DNA from: Polyangiaceae bacterium | GTDB taxonomy: Bacteria; Myxococcota_A; Polyangia; Polyangiales; Polyangiaceae | Reading direction: 5' to 3' | Length of the DNA stretch: 11,116 bases | NCBI GenBank assembly: GCA_044222475.1 | Contig: JBGANF010000195.1 | Span: 1 to 11,116, forward strand | In this document: positions 6,778-11,116 of the stretch, in pieces | Position numbering within the stretch: position 1 is the stretch's first letter | Layout: each line of letters opens with the position of its first letter | Made by a program: the position numbers and the translations under genes | Notes under the pieces: generated by a model | What the model was told of the DNA's origin: nothing | The model's input: only the letters and a program-made list of their open reading frames with translations | Database searches by the model: none

Positions 6778-8580
6778 TCACTTTCCTTGCCAACGGCGTT
6801 TCGCCGGAATGTCGCTGATGATCGGACCATTGGGATCGAACGGGGGGAAGGTGGCGGTGCCGAACCACGCCGGCTTTGCCGCGAGGTAGAGCGACTTCGG
6901 GAGGTTCTTGCTCCCGTCCGAGCCCTGGCACGCCGGCTCGCCGGCTTCGCCGCAGCTCTTCACCGACTTCGAGGCGTAGTCGTAGTTCTGGTGACGGAAC
7001 AGTGTCGCTTTGACCTTCGGATCGTTCGGCGTGCCTACCGCGAAGATCAAGTTCGCGTCCCAGTAGCGCGTGCCTTCTTCTTCGTACTTCGTCGTCCAGC
7101 CGTCGAGGCCGAGGACGTTGCCGACCGCGCTCTGGAAGTGGTTGTTCGTCTCGACGATGATTGCCGCACACTCGACGTGCCCCGGTTTGAGCCCCGCGTC
7201 CTTGTCGAAGCTGGTGTACCGATTTCGGAACGCCATGTTGTGCGAGGCGCTTCCCCAGTAACCGTCCCAGTTGAGGCCGGCGGCGTCGTTGCCCTCCCAG
7301 AGGTTGTACGACGGGTGCGCGCCGTGCGACCACGAGCTCGGCCAGAACCACGAGTCACGCTGCTGCGTTCGGAACACGGCCTCTTCGTAGTTGTACGAGA
7401 TGACGTTGCCGGAGGCTCCCCACATCACGAGCGGGCCGTTCGAGGTGTCGTGGTAGACGTTGTTCTCCACGAGGCTGCTCGACCCCTCGGCCATCTCCGT
7501 GCCGTAGCAGGTGTCCGAGTTCGCGTGATCGAGGCAACCCTCGATGAGGCTGTCGCGCACTTCGAGCCGCCAGTAGTAGGTGCGCATGTCGACGCAGCGC
7601 TTGCCGCAGTTCGACACCTTGACGTTCTTCATCCAGCTGTTCGCGGCGCCCTGGAACATGACGTTGTTGTTCCAGCTCGGCGGGATGCCTGGCGTGTTCT
7701 TCACGATCAGGTCCTCGATCCCGGCGCGCTCGACGAACGCGTTGAGCTTCATCACGCGCGGGTCGTTCTTGGCGGAGAAGTCGTAGAAGAACGGTGTCGC
7801 GAGCTGAATGGTGTTTCCCGTCTTCCCTGCGACCTTCACGACTTGCGCGCGTAGCCGGGTCGCCCCGAACTGATCGCACCAGTTGCACGGTCCATCGGCG
7901 TAGCTGTTCGGGGTGACCGGGATCGACGCGTCGTTCTTCTCGTTGATGAGGACGTAGTCCCCGGCCGAGATAGAGCTCGCATCGGCGAGGGTGATCGACG
8001 TGCTGCCTTTGGTGTCGCCTGCGGTGATCGGGAGCAGCGGCCCGACGTTGGAGTAGCCAGCGCCGATCCACAGGAGGTTGTCGATCTTCGCCGACGTGAA
8101 GATCGTCGTACCGCCCGTCGCGCCGCTTCCCGCGCCACGGAGCGTGCGCTTCGTCGGAACCTTCACGGTTCCGGCGATCATGTACGTGCCGGCGGGTAGG
8201 AAGGCGACGCCGTCCTCGGGCGTGTTGTCGAGGCACTTCTGAATCGCGGCGCGTGCGTCGGTGGTCCCGTTCGTGGGCACGGCGTCGGACGTGACGCAGT
8301 TGCGGATCACGGTGCGCGCGGGGATGCCCCCCTCGACGCCCACGTTGCCTTGCCATGGCACGACCCGGTCGCTGGGGAACAACCCCGAGCTCAACGGCGG
8401 GCCGGGCGGCTCGCTGGCGTCCGGTGAGACGATTCCACCGTCCGGTCCGATCAGGTTGCCCGCGTCGTCGTAGACCGCTGGGGGCGTCGTCGTGGAGCCG
8501 ATGCCGCCGGCGTCGCTGCACGCGGCGAGAGAGGAGACCGAGAGGAGAAGGGCGAGCTTGGCGATCCGAGCGGGGTTCAT
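6778..8580 (-). CDS. Lipoprotein with pectate-lyase-like right-handed beta-helix domain (putative polysaccharide-degrading or -binding protein)
   Basis: Lipobox LAAC; NGTTDARAAIQKCLD...VAFLPAGTYMI...TLRGAG is the Pectate_lyase_3-type N-terminal signature; Asn-ladder repeats (LVENNV, SGNVISYNY, YNLWEGN, HNMAFRN, AVGNV). ATG 8580 preferred because GTG 8589 lies upstream of the predicted sigma54 start site. Confidence 0.85.
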   Translation of the reverse strand: MNPARIAKLALLLSVSSLAACSDAGGIGSTTTPPAVYDDAGNLIGPDGGIVSPDASEPPGPPLSSGLFPSDRVVPWQGNVGVEGGIPARTVIRNCVTSDAVPTNGTTDARAAIQKCLDNTPEDGVAFLPAGTYMIAGTVKVPTKRTLRGAGSGATGGTTIFTSAKIDNLLWIGAGYSNVGPLLPITAGDTKGSTSITLADASSISAGDYVLINEKNDASIPVTPNSYADGPCNWCDQFGATRLRAQVVKVAGKTGNTIQLATPFFYDFSAKNDPRVMKLNAFVERAGIEDLIVKNTPGIPPSWNNNVMFQGAANSWMKNVKVSNCGKRCVDMRTYYWRLEVRDSLIEGCLDHANSDTCYGTEMAEGSSSLVENNVYHDTSNGPLVMWGASGNVISYNYEEAVFRTQQRDSWFWPSSWSHGAHPSYNLWEGNDAAGLNWDGYWGSASHNMAFRNRYTSFDKDAGLKPGHVECAAIIVETNNHFQSAVGNVLGLDGWTTKYEEEGTRYWDANLIFAVGTPNDPKVKATLFRHQNYDYASKSVKSCGEAGEPACQGSDGSKNLPKSLYLAAKPAWFGTATFPPFDPNGPIISDIPAKRRWQGK

Positions 8581-8593
8581 GAGCTCCACGGTT

Positions 8594-8609
8594 TGCAGTC
8601 CCCGTGCCG
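8594..8609 (-). promoter_or_regulatory. Sigma54 (-24/-12) promoter
   Basis: Minus strand CGGCACGGGGACTGCA has exact GG-N10-GC spacing and a close match to TGGCAC-N5-TTGCW, just upstream of the beta-helix gene. Confidence 0.8.
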
Positions 8610-8625
8610 GCGGCAGCGCCAGTGA

Positions 8626-8638
8626 TTTCAGCCAGTTG
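8626..8638 (+). promoter_or_regulatory. Possible IHF-type bending site
   Basis: TTTCAGCCAGTTG matches WATCAA-N4-TTR with two mismatches, in the expected position between the promoter and the upstream palindromes. Confidence 0.4.
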
Positions 8639-8648
8639 GCGCATGCTC

Positions 8649-8687
8649 ATGGAAATGCGCTTTCCATGATGGAACGACTCGTTCCAT
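8649..8687. promoter_or_regulatory. Two tandem palindromes ATGGAA-N7-TTCCAT, putative activator binding sites (UAS)
   Basis: ATGGAA-ATGCGCT-TTCCAT (8649-8667) and ATGGAA-CGACTCG-TTCCAT (8669-8687), 20-bp period, upstream of the sigma54 promoter. Confidence 0.75.
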
Positions 8688-8688
8688 C

Positions 8689-9549
8689 TCACGGCTTGCA
8701 GCAACGAATGCCAACGATTGGCGAGGGGTTGCCCTGCCCGTTGCGCGAAGCGACCGCGCTGGGGCTCTCGCACTCGAGGTACGTGCCCGCGTCGAAGTCA
8801 CCGCCGCGTTGCTCGCACCGATCGTCTTGGACGCCGGACCCGGCGACCTCGCAGGCGTCGATCCACTCGGCGGCGTTGCCGAGAAGATCGTGCAGGCCCT
8901 TGTAGGGACCTTCACAGGAACCGAGGCTTCCGACCGGCAGAAGGCCGGGTGGTGTCGCGGTCGCGTTGGCGTGAGCGTTTCCGTTGCAGTTGGCCTTGGC
9001 GGAAGCATCGCGGCCCCAAGGATAAGGGAAGAGACCGTCGTCGCCGTGTGTGCACGCGTTGAACCAAGCTCCTCCATCGTCGGAACCATAGACCGCCGGC
9101 CCGCCGCCAATCGCGCCGCAGAGGTGCTTGCCCCTGGACGAGCAGTACTCGAATGCATCGCACCAATCGACCTTGACCACGGGGAGATCGAGACGAGTGA
9201 GCTGCCCACTCCAATCGCCAGGCTCGAAGTCGACCTTCTTGGTCTTCCAGCCACAGAGCTGGACGTTCTTCGCAGTCGGTGTCGGATCGTAGAATGCTTG
9301 GTACTGCGCCACCGTCGTCTCGTTCGCGTCGATGCAGTAGCCACTCCCGACCGGGATGAACACCATGTCCGACGGACAGAGCCCACCGTCGACACCGGCC
9401 TCGCTACCGTCGACTCCTGCGTCGCCGCAGCGGGCTGGATCTTCCTCCGGGTGTTCGCGGCACAGCGCGTACTCGCGCGTGCTGCATGCGAACGTGATCG
9501 CCGCCGCGGCAGCGAGAGCTCCGAGCGCGACGGAGGCTCGCCCGTTCAT
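8689..9549 (-). CDS. FGE-sulfatase/SUMF1-fold (C-type lectin-like) lipoprotein
   Basis: Signal MNGRASVALGALAAAAAITFAC; CPSDMVFIP, IDANETTVAQY, PVVKVDWCDA..YC...GK.L, YPWG, GLHDLLGNAAEW, RGG and GIRCC motifs. ATG 9549 overlaps the upstream stop as ATGA. Confidence 0.9.
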   Translation of the reverse strand: MNGRASVALGALAAAAAITFACSTREYALCREHPEEDPARCGDAGVDGSEAGVDGGLCPSDMVFIPVGSGYCIDANETTVAQYQAFYDPTPTAKNVQLCGWKTKKVDFEPGDWSGQLTRLDLPVVKVDWCDAFEYCSSRGKHLCGAIGGGPAVYGSDDGGAWFNACTHGDDGLFPYPWGRDASAKANCNGNAHANATATPPGLLPVGSLGSCEGPYKGLHDLLGNAAEWIDACEVAGSGVQDDRCEQRGGDFDAGTYLECESPSAVASRNGQGNPSPIVGIRCCKP

Positions 9550-10322
9550 TGCTCGTACCTCGTCGGGCGGAGTACGTACGTGATCAGCGTCACCGCGAGG
9601 CTCACTGCGGCGACCCCGAGTGCAATCGCTCCAATTTGGTACCGGGCGTCGATGGGGTCGACACGTGCGGGGTCGCAGAACGGAGCGCATCCCTCCTTCG
9701 CGAGGCTGCTCTCCATCACGCGACCGGAGATCCACAGCCCGGTGCCGACGGCCGCACTCGCGACGAAGAAACCCGCGGCGACGCCGGAGTACCAGGGAAA
9801 CGGTCGACGTACTCCGCCGCCGGTCCTGAGATCCTTCGACATCCACCGAGGATCGACGGGCACCGACGCCAGCGGCAGCGACACCGCCTGCAGACGCTCT
9901 GCGCTTCGGATGACGACCTTCTTCTCCGAGCTCGTCTTGCCGTCCGCGCTGGCGAAGCGAACGACGTGCGGTCCCGGGTCGACTTCGACTGGACGACCGT
10001 CGAGTGACTCGCGAAGAGGCGCACCGTCGAGAGTGACTCGCACATCGGTGCGGTCGTCACCTTCGACGCTCAAGACGATCGTCGGGATCTCGCGCTCGAC
10101 CTCGTCGAGCCACTCGACGCACTGTTTGGCGAGGCTCGGCGAGCAGTCGCGAGAGCACGTCCGGAACGCATCGCGTGCGGCAAGCAGCTTGCCGTCGCTG
10201 CGTTGCCGCTGGCCGCCCTCGTAGCCGGCCCCGCAGCGCGCTTTGCGAGCCTCGTCGTCGTCGGCGTGGGCGAGCGTCGTCGCGAGAAGGAGGCCGACCA
10301 CGACCCATCCCGCGCGGCGCAT
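9546..10322 (-). CDS. Exported protein with a Cys-containing helical N-domain, a PEGA-like domain and a C-terminal hydrophobic hairpin
   Basis: Signal peptide ending in AHA; C...YE.GQ..R..GKL.AAR..F..C...C.......C..WL.EV; PEGA-like VRVTLDG...VEVDPGPHVVRF; two hydrophobic segments flanking GCAPFC. ATG overlaps the kinase stop (TGATG). Confidence 0.8.
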   Translation of the reverse strand: MRRAGWVVVGLLLATTLAHADDDEARKARCGAGYEGGQRQRSDGKLLAARDAFRTCSRDCSPSLAKQCVEWLDEVEREIPTIVLSVEGDDRTDVRVTLDGAPLRESLDGRPVEVDPGPHVVRFASADGKTSSEKKVVIRSAERLQAVSLPLASVPVDPRWMSKDLRTGGGVRRPFPWYSGVAAGFFVASAAVGTGLWISGRVMESSLAKEGCAPFCDPARVDPIDARYQIGAIALGVAAVSLAVTLITYVLRPTRYEQ

Positions 10323-11116
10323 CACAGGCACTCCTTCTTCGGAACGCGGATGCCCTTCGAGTCGATCACGAACGGCGGATTGCAGTCGACCTTCGACGTT
10401 GCCGTCGGTCGTGCGGTCGTGACGGGTCGGTGCACGGTCGGAGCGACCGAAGGCGCTTGGGACGGTTGCGTCGCAACCGCGACGGAGGTCGTCGCTGGCG
10501 GAGGAGCTTCGACCGGTGCGCTCGCCGAGGCGATGACGCTCGATGGCGGTGCGGCGGTGGTGCCCAGCGCGATCGGTGAAGGAGACCCGGAGCGATGACT
10601 CACGAAGTACCAACCGGCGATGCCGACGATCGGGACCAGCGCGACCGCCAGCGGCCAACGCGAACGTTGGCGTTCGACCGGTGCCGATGCGACGGTTGCC
10701 GCGTGCGTTCGCTCGCCTTCGGGCAAAGGCGCGGGTGACGACACCGTCGCCGCCGGTGTTCCCTCGCCTCGCTCGACGCGATCCACCATCGCGCGTCTCT
10801 TCGCGAAGACTGCGGCGCCGACCGCGCGCGCCCACGCGGCGACGGCCGCCGCGTTCGCCGGTCGCACGGCTGCTTCGAGCGCGACCGCCATCTCTTCGGC
10901 GGTCTGGTATCGCGCGTCGGGGTTCTTCTGCGTCGCCTTCAGCACGACCTCGTCGAGCGCGAGCGGCGCCGCGGCGCGGTGTGCGCTCGGCGGCTCCACG
11001 CCTCGCTCCAGGACGAGCATCATCGTCGCTGCCGGGCTGTCGCCGACGAAGAGACGACGCTTCACCAGGAGCTCCCACAAGACGACGCCGGCGGCGTAGA
11101 CGTCGACCCGGCGGTC
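10322..11116 (-). CDS. Membrane-anchored Hanks-type Ser/Thr protein kinase, C-terminal part (partial, runs off the right edge)
   Basis: Reading from 11116 gives DRRVDVYAAGVVLWELL (subdomain IX) and P..RYQTAEEM (subdomain XI), then a TM helix WPLAVALVPIVGIAGWYFV, a Pro/Thr/Ala linker and terminal CNPPFVIDSKGIRVPKKECL. Confidence 0.93.
   Translation of the reverse strand, partial: DRRVDVYAAGVVLWELLVKRRLFVGDSPAATMMLVLERGVEPPSAHRAAAPLALDEVVLKATQKNPDARYQTAEEMAVALEAAVRPANAAAVAAWARAVGAAVFAKRRAMVDRVERGEGTPAATVSSPAPLPEGERTHAATVASAPVERQRSRWPLAVALVPIVGIAGWYFVSHRSGSPSPIALGTTAAPPSSVIASASAPVEAPPPATTSVAVATQPSQAPSVAPTVHRPVTTARPTATSKVDCNPPFVIDSKGIRVPKKECL

Noticed and set aside
8689..9549. FGE/C-type lectin fold as a diversity-generating retroelement target
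   Set aside because: No reverse transcriptase and no template-repeat copy of the gene's 3' end were seen in the window.
9550..11078. Long N-terminal extensions given by the ORF track for the FGE (9846) and PEGA (11078) genes
   Set aside because: They overlap upstream genes in other frames. The internal ATGs give clean signal peptides and stop/start overlaps.
53..11099. Many long overlapping or antisense ORFs in the track (e.g. 53-745, 781-2646, 909-2402, 2974-3609, 3413-5209, 6685-7854, 7355-8773, 8809-10224)
   Set aside because: They are Arg/Ala/Pro-rich shadow frames of genes with clear motifs, as expected in high-GC DNA with few stop codons. None has a recognisable domain.

Overview
This is a GC-rich window with no RNA genes, CRISPR array, transposase or integrase. 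The gene families (FHA-sigma54 activator, Ser/Thr kinase with PEGA partner, several Cys-rich lipoproteins) suggest Myxococcota, probably Polyangiales; this is inference. Left part: the 3' end of a TPR-type gene, a YwqG/DUF1963 gene, an SCP2-like gene that seems internally shortened, and a GAF + Enzyme I N-terminal protein (PtsP-like) that lacks both the phospho-His and the PEP-binding barrel. Next is a MenA1/MenT1-like antitoxin/nucleotidyltransferase pair bracketed by a 23-bp imperfect direct repeat of that gene's 3' end. Right part: a candidate trans-envelope signalling unit. A translationally coupled Ser/Thr kinase - PEGA protein - FGE-fold lipoprotein operon is followed by a sigma54 promoter with two tandem ATGGAA-N7-TTCCAT palindromes. 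The promoter precedes a beta-helix lipoprotein and a small Cys-rich lipoprotein, and these converge on an FHA-sigma54 activator whose own upstream region carries half-sites of the same motif. All family calls come from motif recognition by eye, not from database searches.
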